This document shows, piece by piece, positions 53,097-63,451 of a stretch of 64,000 nucleotides of DNA. The stretch is from Alphaproteobacteria bacterium (lineage in GTDB: Bacteria > Pseudomonadota > Alphaproteobacteria > SP197). Under the pieces are notes generated by a model. That model made no database searches and had not been told where the DNA came from. It saw only the letters and a list, made by a program, of their open reading frames with translations. The DNA is taken from NCBI GenBank assembly GCA_965228895.1, contig OZ245842.1:1184001-1248000 (forward strand). Reading direction: 5' to 3'. The translations under genes were made by a program, and so were the position numbers. Numbering within the stretch: the stretch's first letter is position 1; each line of letters opens with the position of its first letter.

Positions 53097-53371
53097 ATGG
53101 CGGTACTGTTGGTTGGATACGATCTGCGCAAGCCGGGTCGCGAATACGAAAACTCTATGCCGAGATCAGGAAACACGAACATTGCCCTGCGCTGGACTCG
53201 ATGTGTTTAATCGACACTAAACAAGGCCCGGCAGAGGTCAGGGATGCGCTATGCAAAGTCGTCGACAAGAACGATCAGCTCTACGTCATGCGTCTGCAAA
53301 AGCACTGGGCCGCATGCCGCACCGATCCTTGTACCGAGTGGCTAAAGAGCTCGAAGCGTTCGTGGGACTAG
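53097..53371 (+). pseudogene. frameshifted Cas2-like/SinR-family small protein
   Basis: GGAGG RBS, MAVLLVGYDLRKPGREYE; continues as KLYAEI...LDS..LI...D.ND.L.V only after a frame change at A4 53149-53152. Confidence 0.6.
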
Positions 53372-53408
53372 CGGCCTGCCAAGAGGCTGGTCCGGCTATC
53401 CAACCAAT

Positions 53409-54038
53409 TCATGGCCAGGCGGCGACAAACGAGAGGTTGACGTTAAAGTTGGCGGCAAGGCTCGTTGCAACGTCGTCTGCTTGACGACCGACTGTTTCCA
53501 AGAGTCTCATCAGTGCGGGGATAGATGTCAGTCCATCTTGGGGATCAAGCTTAGCGCAGCTGTCGATCAAGCGTGACAGTGTCTCGAGATGGCCCCGGAA
53601 TTCGGCAAACGCGAAGACCGCTGGATGATCAAGGCTGCCCAAAGCTGAGTATATTTCTGGGCCATAGATTGTGAGCGGCGGCGGACGCAGCGACTCTACG
53701 GCATGAGACCAGGCTAGTTGATTTTGGCTTAATGCGTTCCAGTTCGGCGGATTGTCACAGGAGTTGAAGATCCACGTCCGGATGGCCGTCACTTCGCCAG
53801 CAAGTGCCTTTGCCAGCGAACGCCGGTCATGCTTGACCTTTTCGCGATGGACCAAATAGACAGTATACACCGCGCTGATCAAGCCGATTGCCGCAGCCGC
53901 AATGCCTCCAAAAGGCTGGACAGCTTCTGTCCACGGTACGATCCCTACCAAGATAAGGATCACCAAGACAAGACAGGTTGTGCCAAGAAGTGATACGCCA
54001 ATCACAAATGACGCGGATAGGTAATCTGGCTTTGTCAA
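53409..54038 (-). CDS. hypothetical 2-TM protein
   Basis: 209-aa ORF with two N-terminal hydrophobic segments; start uncertain. Confidence 0.6.
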   Translation of the reverse strand: MTKPDYLSASFVIGVSLLGTTCLVLVILILVGIVPWTEAVQPFGGIAAAAIGLISAVYTVYLVHREKVKHDRRSLAKALAGEVTAIRTWIFNSCDNPPNWNALSQNQLAWSHAVESLRPPPLTIYGPEIYSALGSLDHPAVFAFAEFRGHLETLSRLIDSCAKLDPQDGLTSIPALMRLLETVGRQADDVATSLAANFNVNLSFVAAWP

Positions 54039-54179
54039 TGAACTCTCCGCTTACCCATGAACGTTTCCATTAGGATGCCGCCGCCATAACGCGCCGGTGT
54101 CAGATCCGTCTGGCGCAACCACATCTCTGCGCGGAGAGGGGAGTCGCCCTGTCGAAAGTGCGACGAGATTGGTTTGCTA

Positions 54180-55172
54180 TCACGGCTGATCAGTGGCCTC
54201 GGCGTCAGTGCTTACCAACCCCAACGTGTTCACCCGAAGAAGATGAAGAAGATCCTCGACTGCCGCAATGTTCTGCATCGCGGCAGATGACTCCTGAAGT
54301 ACGTAGTCTTCGGTCCAGTCGATTGGCAATCTCGCACTCAGAGGGCGCGACAAAATGTCACTATGCCGCTCAGAGAATTCTCTAAGCCGGGCGAGAAAGT
54401 CCTCGCGGTCTTTTGGCAGAAGTAAGTGCATTGGGGAGCTGCTAATCGCTGCGTCAAGGAATGTTTGCCCTGTGATCTCCGGTTCACTCGCGCCTACGGT
54501 AATGTTGTCGATATGCTGAGCGATTACCTCGTCTAAAGTGGCGCGTGGATCCCCGGCCGTGGTCCACCCACTTCCGCGCCACATCAACCAGAAAACAGGC
54601 ATCCCTTCGCTTTGTTCGTCCATCAATCTGCGGACTTCTTGCCAATCTTCTTGGCTGCGTGCTTCGAGGATCAACTCCTCATAGCTGGCCGCCCTCTCCA
54701 ACCAATCCAAGTCTGCCGGCAAAGAGGCGAGTTGTTGGATTCTCGTGCGTTGTGCGTCTAGGTTTCTTCGAAGATTCTCAATGATATCGTCAACGACAAT
54801 CGCCATGAGCTGATCGAGGTACGTGCGGCGGTCTTGTTCAATGCTGGCAAGATCAAGCATTGCTGCATCAGCCTGCGCCTTCAGATTAGCCAGTTCATCG
54901 CTGATTGCCTGTCGTTCCGCTTCAGTTTGGTGCACCTCAACCTGCAGCTCTTCGAGACGCGCTCGCATGCCGCTCACTTCATCGCGGAGCTGCCGGCGCT
55001 CCTGTCGCAAATCGACAACTTCTTCCCTTGCGTCAGCGATGTCGGTCTGAAGTTGGCGAACTAGTGCATCCGGCAAGCTAGTGAAGATCAAAGCCCACGC
55101 AGCCATACAAGCAACAGCTAGCGTAGAGACTGCTGCAATGCCATTGAAGACTGTGTCAATGGTTCGTCCCAT
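54180..55172 (-). CDS. hypothetical membrane-anchored coiled-coil protein
   Basis: N-terminal TM then a long heptad E/Q/R/L region. Confidence 0.7.
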   Translation of the reverse strand: MGRTIDTVFNGIAAVSTLAVACMAAWALIFTSLPDALVRQLQTDIADAREEVVDLRQERRQLRDEVSGMRARLEELQVEVHQTEAERQAISDELANLKAQADAAMLDLASIEQDRRTYLDQLMAIVVDDIIENLRRNLDAQRTRIQQLASLPADLDWLERAASYEELILEARSQEDWQEVRRLMDEQSEGMPVFWLMWRGSGWTTAGDPRATLDEVIAQHIDNITVGASEPEITGQTFLDAAISSSPMHLLLPKDREDFLARLREFSERHSDILSRPLSARLPIDWTEDYVLQESSAAMQNIAAVEDLLHLLRVNTLGLVSTDAEATDQP

Positions 55173-55287
55173 CTAGGCAACGTAGGCGCAAAATCTAGGC
55201 TTGAATAGCGCGATGGTTGAGTGGGGGTAGTTCTTCGAGGCGACCCAGTGTCATTGCAACCAGTACGAGAATCGTTAGGCTGTGGCT

Positions 55288-55830
55288 ATGTCCGACCGCC
55301 AGCAGATTGTGGATGAGTTCTGGAAAGAATGGGAAGCTAGCCAACGCCCCATTCGTGATGTCATTCGATTGTCTGAGGAGGCAGCGCTAGAGTTCTCAAA
55401 GTTAGGTATCAGGTCGCTTCTGCTCTTGAATGGCGGGGCACTGATTGCGCTTCCAGCCTTCGCAACGTTCAGCGGAACACCCGACAAAGAGCTCATGTTC
55501 TGGTCCGTTGCGTCGTTCGCAGTTGGGCTAGTCACCTGCATGATTGGCCTTCTGCTCGCCTACTACACCGTTGCTTATCAGGGAGGTGGTCGAAGGATGC
55601 ATGCACTAGAAGTCGCGGCTGGCTTTGAAGCGAGGCATCATCCTGATAGAGCCGAGGAGAAACTTCGTGAGGAGAGTGAAGCTGCAGAAAAGGTTAAGTC
55701 GTACAATAGAAAGGGCGAGGGGTGTCGAATAGCGGCCATCGTTTTCTTGTTTTTGTCGCTAGGTGGGTTCGTGTCCGGGATTGTGTTCGGCCTCGGTGCG
55801 ATGTGGCCGGAAACTGCTGGTGCTTCGTGA
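55288..55830 (+). CDS. hypothetical 3-TM membrane protein
   Basis: LLNGGALIAL plus two further hydrophobic segments. Confidence 0.7.
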   Translation: MSDRQQIVDEFWKEWEASQRPIRDVIRLSEEAALEFSKLGIRSLLLLNGGALIALPAFATFSGTPDKELMFWSVASFAVGLVTCMIGLLLAYYTVAYQGGGRRMHALEVAAGFEARHHPDRAEEKLREESEAAEKVKSYNRKGEGCRIAAIVFLFLSLGGFVSGIVFGLGAMWPETAGAS

Positions 55831-55834
55831 AGAA

Positions 55835-57004
55835 CTACGCTCGGTAGACTCCCGCCCCGGGACCCCATCGCAGCTTGTCGCGGCTGAGTTCGTTGATGGA
55901 CCGCACGCCCATCAGCCGCATGTCGCGTTCGATCTCGGCCTGCAGCAGACCGAGCGCGCGTTCGACGCCGGACTGGCCGGCGGCGGCGAGGGGATAGAGA
56001 TAGGCGCGGCCGATGCCGACGGCCTTGGCGCCCATCGATAACGCCTTCAAGACATGGGTGCCGCGCTGGACGCCGCCGTCCATCAGCACATCGATCTGGT
56101 CGCCGACCGCGTCGACAATTTCACCCAGTTGATCGAAGGGGGTCCGCGAGCCGTCGAGCTGACGGCCACCGTGGTTCGACAGGATGATTCCGGTGCAGCC
56201 GATCGCCACGGCGCGCTTGGCGTCCTCGACCGACATCAGACCCTTCAGGCAGAACTGGCCGTCCCATTGGCGCACCATCTGGGCGACGTCGTCCCAGTCC
56301 ATCGCCGGGTCGAGCATCTCGGTGAAGTATTCGCCGATCGAGACGGCACCGCCGCTCATGTCGACGTGTTCGTCGAGCTGCGGCAGCCGGAAGCGCTCGT
56401 GCGTCATGTAGTTCAGGCCCCATGCCGGTTTCATGGCGAACTGGAGCATGGCGCCCGGCGTCAGCTTCATGGGGATCGTAAAGCCCGTGCGCAGATCGCG
56501 TTCGCGGTTGCCGCCGGTGATCGAGTCGACGGTCAGCATCATGACGTCGATGCCCGATGCCTTCGCGCGCTCCAGCATGGCGCTGTTCAGGCCGCGGTCC
56601 TTGTGGAAGTAGAACTGGTAGGCCTGGGGCGTCGCGTAGGCCGTGCGCAGTTCTTCGAGGCTCACCGTGCCCAGCGAGGAAACGCCGAACAAGGTGCCGA
56701 ACTTGGAGGCCGCCGCGCCGACGGCGCGTTCGCCACGGTGGTGGAACAGGCGCTGCAGGGCGGTCGGCGAGCAGTAGATCGGCATCGCAAGCTTCTGGCC
56801 CAGCACCTGGACCGACATGTCGATCTCCTTGACGCCGCGCAGCACGTCCGGGACCAGATCGACGGCCTCGAAGCTCGCCGTGTTCTTGCGGTACGTCACC
56901 TCGTCATCCGCCGCCCCGTCGATATAGTTGAAGATGGGACCGGGGAGCCGGCGACGCGCGAGTTCTCGGAAGTCATGGAAGTTGTGACAGTCGATCAGGC
57001 GCAT
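55835..57004 (-). CDS. FMN-dependent alpha-hydroxy acid dehydrogenase (L-lactate dehydrogenase-like)
   Basis: YIDGAA, SNHGGRQLD, DGGV.RG. Confidence 0.93.
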   Translation of the reverse strand: MRLIDCHNFHDFRELARRRLPGPIFNYIDGAADDEVTYRKNTASFEAVDLVPDVLRGVKEIDMSVQVLGQKLAMPIYCSPTALQRLFHHRGERAVGAAASKFGTLFGVSSLGTVSLEELRTAYATPQAYQFYFHKDRGLNSAMLERAKASGIDVMMLTVDSITGGNRERDLRTGFTIPMKLTPGAMLQFAMKPAWGLNYMTHERFRLPQLDEHVDMSGGAVSIGEYFTEMLDPAMDWDDVAQMVRQWDGQFCLKGLMSVEDAKRAVAIGCTGIILSNHGGRQLDGSRTPFDQLGEIVDAVGDQIDVLMDGGVQRGTHVLKALSMGAKAVGIGRAYLYPLAAAGQSGVERALGLLQAEIERDMRLMGVRSINELSRDKLRWGPGAGVYRA

Positions 57005-57352
57005 GGCGCTATCTCATGGACATTCGGCTGCTTGGCCATGCGGCCATCGGCGGTTTCACGATACCCGAATGTAGCCGCCAAGGCATCGATCCGTTACGTC
57101 AAGGGGGGCGGGCGCGGAGAAGGCACGTCATGCCGATAACGTCCGCGACCACTTTGTGGTGCTGCCGGCCAATATGTTCAGGTGCGGCCAGCGCGCCGAC
57201 AAGGATGGCTTCAGCCCGAGTTTTGATGTCTGCAAAGACGGGTTTGATCAGACCGGCGCTCGGCCACCGCAATCCGTGACCGATGTCGAAAAACCCCGTC
57301 GGTCGACTTCTGCAAGCGGGCAGCGAACGCCTTCGGGCCTTCCGCCTTGGCG

Positions 57353-58444
57353 TCAGCGCGGAATGACGATGCAGTCCAACTGACGTTCGTGCAGTTGCTG
57401 GCAGAACGTGTCCGCATCGCTCGCGGACTCGAAGGGGCCTGCTTGGAGCCGATAGAACGTTCCGGACTCCAGCGATGCACTTTCGACCATGGGCTGCAGG
57501 TCCGCGAGCATATCACCGTGGACGGCCTGAAGCTCAGACCACGCTTCGTTGGCGCGCTCTTCGGAGCCATAGGCCGCAAGCTGCACCCGCGTTCCCTTCG
57601 GCGGGGCGGCAATCGTGGCGGATTTCGTCGCGGCACCTTCGGTGTTGCTGGCGACGACCAGATCGCTGCTGGTTGTCGCCGGCGGCGCCTCATCCGTGGC
57701 CGATGGCGAGACGACACCGTTCGCCAGAGACACGCCGGCGGTCGACGCGGAAATTTCCAGGGCGGCGAGTGCCGTCGGCTTGACCTCTGACCAATAAGGC
57801 GACACTGCGCTGTCTGCCGCGTTCAGCCAAGGCATGTCGACGCTGCCCTCGGGTTTGAAGGCGGCCACGATCATCTCGCTCTCAGAAGAACCGAGGCTTA
57901 GCTCGCCAACTGTCGTGTCGAGCGCAACCGGCTCGATCGCCGTTATCGCGGGCATATCGAAATCCGCGCCGAAGCCGCCAAAGGAAACGAGGGCTGGCGA
58001 TAGCGAAGCGGCACCATCGTCCGTGGCAATCGTGTCTTCCGTTTCTTGACCAATCAGTGTGTCGGCGAGCGCCTCGGGCGCGCCGGCATCCACGGCGGTC
58101 GGTGACGCTTCATCAGGCATCGCGCTGCTATCGGCTGCGGACGCGACAACCGTGCCGCCAGCCTCGTCGTCGGAGCCCGAACCACCAACAATCAACAGGG
58201 CAACGGCAATGATGACGGCGGCAAGAGCGCCGCCGCCAACAACCAACGGGTTCTTGAGGTTGAGCTGTCGGGTCGACGGCGCATCCTCGTTCTCCGGCTC
58301 GTGGCCGCCTTCCGTGCGGGCGCGCCGCTCGACCTCGGCCACGAAGTCCTTGGGCAGCGGAGAGGTGTTCTCGCTGGTGGCGCGCAGAACGCGCAAATCA
58401 GCGGGTTTGCCGGTATCACCGATGGTTCGTGCTTCCTGTCCCAT
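57353..58444 (-). CDS. SPOR-domain membrane protein
   Basis: TM, low-complexity linker, VQLAAY...YRLQAGPF...C..L....C. Confidence 0.82.
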   Translation of the reverse strand: MGQEARTIGDTGKPADLRVLRATSENTSPLPKDFVAEVERRARTEGGHEPENEDAPSTRQLNLKNPLVVGGGALAAVIIAVALLIVGGSGSDDEAGGTVVASAADSSAMPDEASPTAVDAGAPEALADTLIGQETEDTIATDDGAASLSPALVSFGGFGADFDMPAITAIEPVALDTTVGELSLGSSESEMIVAAFKPEGSVDMPWLNAADSAVSPYWSEVKPTALAALEISASTAGVSLANGVVSPSATDEAPPATTSSDLVVASNTEGAATKSATIAAPPKGTRVQLAAYGSEERANEAWSELQAVHGDMLADLQPMVESASLESGTFYRLQAGPFESASDADTFCQQLHERQLDCIVIPR

Positions 58445-58714
58445 AGTGCCGTTCACCAGTCTGTTGGGCGCCCTCGAAGTCTCGTTGGACTTCAACAACG
58501 AACTCTAATCCTTTGGAGGTAGAAATGTACCACGAAAGGATTAGGTTTTGTCCAATAAATGGCGACTTTTCTTGGTCGTCCGCGTATCAACCGTGGCGCG
58601 CTGCCAATTGACCACGGTCATGGGACGGTTGCGGCGCTACCCTCAAGATCTCTTGTGTGCAAGCGCTGGCTGCGCGGCGGCTTCTCGGAAACGGGATCTT
58701 GGGGCTGGTGGGCC

Positions 58715-59269
58715 TTAGTCGTCCTGTGACGACGATGGTTTGGCGCGGAAATCGGGCCAGCTCGCATCCTTGTCAGAGATTGTCGTGATCTCACCAGGCC
58801 ACTTTATGGCAAAGGTTGGGTCGTCCCAACGGAAGCCGCCTTCGCTGGCGGGCTCGTAGGCGGCAGAGACCATGTAGGCAACCGCGACATTGTCGCGCAT
58901 CGTCAGAAACCCGTGGGCAAGACCGCGTGGCACATAGATCTGCAGATGGTTGTCGTCGGTCAGCTCGACCCCCTGCCACTGAAGATAGGTCTTTGAGCCC
59001 GGGCGCAGATCGACAGTTACATCGTAGATCGCGCCCTTTGTGCATCTGACGACCTTGGCCTCTTCGTGGGGATTTTCTTGAAAGTGGATACCGCGCAGCG
59101 TGCCTTGCCGCGCGCTAAACGACGCGTTGGCCTGTACGAAGTTGGTTTCCAGACCGGCTTCGCGAAACGTCTCCTGGCAAAAGGTTCGTGAAAAGTAGCC
59201 CCGGTCGTCGCCGTGGGGGGCCGACTCAACAAGAACAGCGCCGGCAATCTGCATGGGATGAAATTTCAT
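58715..59269 (-). CDS. rfbC: dTDP-4-dehydrorhamnose 3,5-epimerase
   Basis: DDRGYF.R, GTLRGIHFQ, VDLR, AHGF. Confidence 0.92.
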   Translation of the reverse strand: MKFHPMQIAGAVLVESAPHGDDRGYFSRTFCQETFREAGLETNFVQANASFSARQGTLRGIHFQENPHEEAKVVRCTKGAIYDVTVDLRPGSKTYLQWQGVELTDDNHLQIYVPRGLAHGFLTMRDNVAVAYMVSAAYEPASEGGFRWDDPTFAIKWPGEITTISDKDASWPDFRAKPSSSQDD

Positions 59270-59662
59270 GGATGGGTGCGGTGGTTTGTTGGGCGTGGCG
59301 TCGGATTGGGCATTTCAGCCGCGATTGGGCCGAAAACCTCGGAAAATCGGTTCTCAAGCAGCCTTATCCCATTGAAATCGCGCCAAATCATGTCGGCCGT
59401 CACTAATCTGCACGGGTAAATCTCGCCTCTGTGACACCTATCAATAACAAGGGAACGGTGGATAACTATCTTATCTAAAGTGTTATGGAATTCGATTTCT
59501 CGCAACGACCTACCCTAAAGTGAGTGACGCAATCTGGGAAATCCGTTAGCCTTTTTGGACAAGTAGAACAAGAGACGTCTAAAGAGGGCACCATAACACA
59601 AAGTATTTGCTGAAGTTGTCGAGGTATCAGCAAAACAGAACATAATCGTCGCCCTAATATTG

Positions 59663-59848
59663 ATGGGTTTTGAAATGATCTATGTCGCTGCCTTCTTGAT
59701 TCTCGCTCCCTCGCTTGTTCTGGCGTTTGCACTGTGCCGCATGGCGGCCCGCTTCGGCAATGCCGAGCCGGGACAGGCAGTCTCGAAGCGAAGCACCGTC
59801 GTGAGTTTCCCCGATACGACGATCGAGCATCGGGACCGCGCCGCCTAG
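59663..59848 (+). CDS. small single-TM hypothetical protein
   Basis: Short ORF with hydrophobic N-terminus. Confidence 0.4.
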   Translation: MGFEMIYVAAFLILAPSLVLAFALCRMAARFGNAEPGQAVSKRSTVVSFPDTTIEHRDRAA

Positions 59849-59944
59849 GCTCGACGTCCGCACGTAGCGCCATTCGGCAAAGCGACCGCTTTTTGCTCCG
59901 GCTCGGCTGGCAGTTGCCCGCGACCATTGATGATGGTGTTTGAG

Positions 59945-59974
59945 AAAACAAGTGGCCGCCACAAGGGCGGCCAC
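59945..59974 (-). terminator. intrinsic terminator downstream of the sugar transferase
   Basis: GTGGCCGCC-N5-GGCGGCCAC followed by TTGTTTT on the minus strand. Confidence 0.65.
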
Positions 59975-60039
59975 AGGAACCAGTGTTGATATAGAGGCGG
60001 GGGTAATCGACCACCCGGCCTAGTAAGACCGTTGCCGCA

Positions 60040-61497
60040 TCAATAGGCGGTCGGATGCACCATCACCATTACGGTGCGAAGCAGAATTCGCAGATCAAGC
60101 GCCAGCGACCAGTTGTCGATGTAGTAGAGGTCGTGCTCGACCCGGGCGCGCATCTTGTCGATCGACCGTGTCTCACCACGCAAGGCGTTGACCTGGGCCC
60201 AGCCGGTAATGCCTGGCTTCAGCCGATGACGTCGGAAGTAGTCCTCAATCTGCTTGCCGTAGAGGTGATTGTGCGGCACGGCGTGAGGACGCGGTCCGAC
60301 CAGCGACATCTCACCCCTGAGCACGTTGAAAAGCTGCGGCAACTCATCAAGGCTGGAGCGGCGCAGGAACCAGCCGACCCGTGTCACACGGGGATCGGCC
60401 CGGCTTGCCTGCACCACGGTGCCCGACGCTTCGTCCGTATGCTGCATGCTTCGGAACTTGTAGACCGTGAAGGTCGAGTTGTTGAAACCATGCCGCATCT
60501 GGCGGAACAGCACCGGACCCCGGCTTTCGATCTTGATGGCCAGGGCAATGACCAGCAGCAGCGGTGCCACGGCAAGGGTAAGCAGTGAGCCGAGGACCAG
60601 ATCCTCGAGACGTTTGATCAACAGCGCCGAATCCGACAACGGTTTGGTGCTGAGGCGCCAGACGGGCAGGCCGCCGATTTGATGCGGCTCATAATCAAGC
60701 AGCTCTGGCGTCAGGCTCGGTGCCAGCACCAGGTGCAGGCATCGGCGCCGACAAAGATCAAGCCATGTTCTGACACGCGCGTCGTCACAGTGATTGACTG
60801 CCAGAATGACCCGATCGACGTCGGCCAGGGCCAGTTCCATCTCCGGCTCGATCGTGCCCGGGTGGCGCCGCTTGTCCATGATCACCATGCCAAGCTGGAC
60901 CTTGTCGTCCAAGGCTCTGCGGGCGATCCAGACGTTCTCAGGCGTCCCCACCAAGGCGATGTACTCGCCCATGCTGCCGTCGACGACCAGGCGGCGGCAC
61001 CAGCGTGCGAAAGCCATGCGCGCGGGCACGACCAGGATAAGGGCGCCGACGAACCAGTAGAAAACCCAAAGTCGCGAGTACTCAGCGCCGCTCTTGGTGA
61101 AGAACAGGAAGCCCAGAACAACCGTCATCGCGATCGACCACGCAGCGATCCACTTCATGGTGCTGCGATAAGGCGAGACGATCTGTTTTTCGCCGTAGAG
61201 CTTGAAGACTTCCGAACTCAGCAAAAGGGCCATGACAGCAATCATGACAAGGGCGATGTGCGGATCCGAAATGGCCAGTGTGTCGAACCTGATCAGGCTC
61301 GCTAGGCAGGCGCCGAGCAGCACCAAGGCGACATCAGAGAAACGGACGAACAGCTGGAATGACAACCAGTTGAACCTTCCGCCTCGCGGCTGGCGAAGGA
61401 CACGGACGTCATAGTCCGCGTCTTGTTTAACGGTAATGCTTTGCGAAACTTTATTGGGCTGGCCAAATCCCGATTGTTCTAATGAAACGAAGGTCAC
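60040..61497 (-). CDS. undecaprenyl-phosphate glucose phosphotransferase (WcaJ/GumD-like)
   Basis: KFRSM, DPRVTRVG, SLDELPQL.NVL.GEMSLVGPRPH, KPGITGWAQ. Confidence 0.92.
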   Translation of the reverse strand: MTFVSLEQSGFGQPNKVSQSITVKQDADYDVRVLRQPRGGRFNWLSFQLFVRFSDVALVLLGACLASLIRFDTLAISDPHIALVMIAVMALLLSSEVFKLYGEKQIVSPYRSTMKWIAAWSIAMTVVLGFLFFTKSGAEYSRLWVFYWFVGALILVVPARMAFARWCRRLVVDGSMGEYIALVGTPENVWIARRALDDKVQLGMVIMDKRRHPGTIEPEMELALADVDRVILAVNHCDDARVRTWLDLCRRRCLHLVLAPSLTPELLDYEPHQIGGLPVWRLSTKPLSDSALLIKRLEDLVLGSLLTLAVAPLLLVIALAIKIESRGPVLFRQMRHGFNNSTFTVYKFRSMQHTDEASGTVVQASRADPRVTRVGWFLRRSSLDELPQLFNVLRGEMSLVGPRPHAVPHNHLYGKQIEDYFRRHRLKPGITGWAQVNALRGETRSIDKMRARVEHDLYYIDNWSLALDLRILLRTVMVMVHPTAY

Positions 61498-62152
61498 TCG
61501 TTTCCCCCCAATGATCTGTCAGGCGCCGTCCAAGCCAGGCCATGGTGTTACAACTCCGCGCCAGATTTTTCCTGCGGTGCCCTTGGGACATCAAGCGCCG
61601 CATTTGCTTACCCAACCATTCACGAGTCAAAAGTCGTGAGTCCTTATGGTTTCACTCTCGCGCTCGACGAACCTGAAACCTCGATCTCAGGGTCGTATCT
61701 TAACGGTCGTCAGGCGCTCAGAGCAATGGGCTTCATGATCTGATGCGTATTTGTCACATAAATCGTGTTTCGTCGTTACGTTACGTGTCATTGCCGCAAC
61801 ATGGCACGATGATGTCGAATGACAGACATTCATCGTGACGGTGCCGCAGACGATTGACTAAGTGGCACTTGGCAGCCTATCTTGCAAGAAAACCTTATGA
61901 AGTAACACTATCTATGTGATAATTTTAGACTTTAGTATGAGAGACGGGTGAGCCGAGACAACCCGTTTGATGTAGGTAGCCTTCTTGCGGCGAGTCGTTT
62001 TCTGCTCACCAGCAAGGGTCGAGACGACAAAGCCTTTGGGCTTGAACTGGTGTCGGATGCCGAAGTTGCCAATTTCGCGCCATAAACTGAGTAGAGGGTA
62101 TGTGGCACGAAACCAGGGACGGGTGTCGTGCCGCGGAGCAAAGGGTTTCGCC

Positions 62153-63436
62153 ATGGGGACTAGATTGCTGCTGCTCATCGGGTTTGCTGCCCTTGTCGGG
62201 GGAGTGACCCTTTTGGCCTTGCCCGAACGTGCGGCCGCTCAGGATGGTCTGACCGGGCCGACGCAAGACAACCCGTTCAGCATCCGCAACCGATCGCGGC
62301 CCGATTACGACGCCGAGGGCCTGCCGGTCGGCTCGTTCTACGTGTTTCCATCGCTTGAGCTTGGCGAAGTCTACGACAGCAACGTGTTTCGCTCGGAAAC
62401 CAACGAATCCGACGACTTCATCACGACTTACTCGCCCAGCATCCGCGCGGTCTCCAATTGGAACAACCATGGTGTCGCCGTCGGGGCCAGGGCCGAAGGC
62501 GGCGTTTTCGCAGATAACAGCGACGAGAACTACTTCGATTACGGCTTCTTCGCCGCCGGGCGTTTGGATGTCCGCCGGTCGACGCGGGTTGGCGCCTTCG
62601 TGTCCTGGGATCATCGCCACGAGGATCGCGGCTCACCGGAGGATGTTAACGGCGACGAACCGACCGAGTTCGACGAGTTGGCGATGGGCGTCAACGGCAC
62701 CACCACGCAAGGACGCTTCACGATCGGCCTGGGCGGTGAGTACTCCATGTTCACCTATGAAGACGTGACCGCCGGCGGCGGTACCATGCTGATCAACAAC
62801 GGTGACCGTGATCAGAACATCTTCGAAGGTACGGCGCGCGTCGATTATGCGGTCAGCCCGGGCTATTCCATCTTTGTCCTGGGCAGCTATATCGACGTTT
62901 CGTACGAGAACACACCCGATGACGTTGGCCGCGTGCGTGACAACAACGGTTGGCGCGCCGATGCCGGTGTCGCGTTCGACATCACCGAGACCTTAGCCGG
63001 CGACGTCTACGGCGGCTACATCGAGCGCTACTATGATGATCCGACGTTCAACGATACCGGCAGCTTCGACCTTGGCGGCGACATCTACTGGAGCATCTCG
63101 GCGTTAACGACGGCACGTCTGGTGCTGGAGCGCAGTTTTGTTGAGACCACACAGGCTGGCGCTTCCTCGATCCTTCAGACATCTGGCGCGCTCGAGATCG
63201 AGCACGAACTCTTGCGCAATGTGATATTGGGGGCGAACGCCGGGCTTACCAATTTCGACTATGAAGGTATCACCCGTGAGGATGATGTCTGGAGCTTTGG
63301 TGTCGACGGCCGCTATTTGATCAATCAAAACTTTTATGCCGGCGGAAGAGCGCAATATAGCAACCGAGACTCCAATGCGCCCACCGAGAGTTATGAAGAT
63401 ATCGAGGTTGGCATCTTCGTTGGGGCACAGATGTGA
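62153..63436 (+). CDS. EPS-associated outer-membrane beta-barrel protein
   Basis: Signal peptide, RPDYD..G, YDSNVF, alternating beta-strand pattern; next to the export gene. Confidence 0.82.
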   Translation: MGTRLLLLIGFAALVGGVTLLALPERAAAQDGLTGPTQDNPFSIRNRSRPDYDAEGLPVGSFYVFPSLELGEVYDSNVFRSETNESDDFITTYSPSIRAVSNWNNHGVAVGARAEGGVFADNSDENYFDYGFFAAGRLDVRRSTRVGAFVSWDHRHEDRGSPEDVNGDEPTEFDELAMGVNGTTTQGRFTIGLGGEYSMFTYEDVTAGGGTMLINNGDRDQNIFEGTARVDYAVSPGYSIFVLGSYIDVSYENTPDDVGRVRDNNGWRADAGVAFDITETLAGDVYGGYIERYYDDPTFNDTGSFDLGGDIYWSISALTTARLVLERSFVETTQAGASSILQTSGALEIEHELLRNVILGANAGLTNFDYEGITREDDVWSFGVDGRYLINQNFYAGGRAQYSNRDSNAPTESYEDIEVGIFVGAQM

Positions 63437-63451
63437 GGTTAACCCCCGGCG

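Noticed and set aside
61802-61886. sigma54 promoter between the EPS genes (TGGCAC/TGGCAG)
   Set aside because: None gives the required GG-N10-GC spacing
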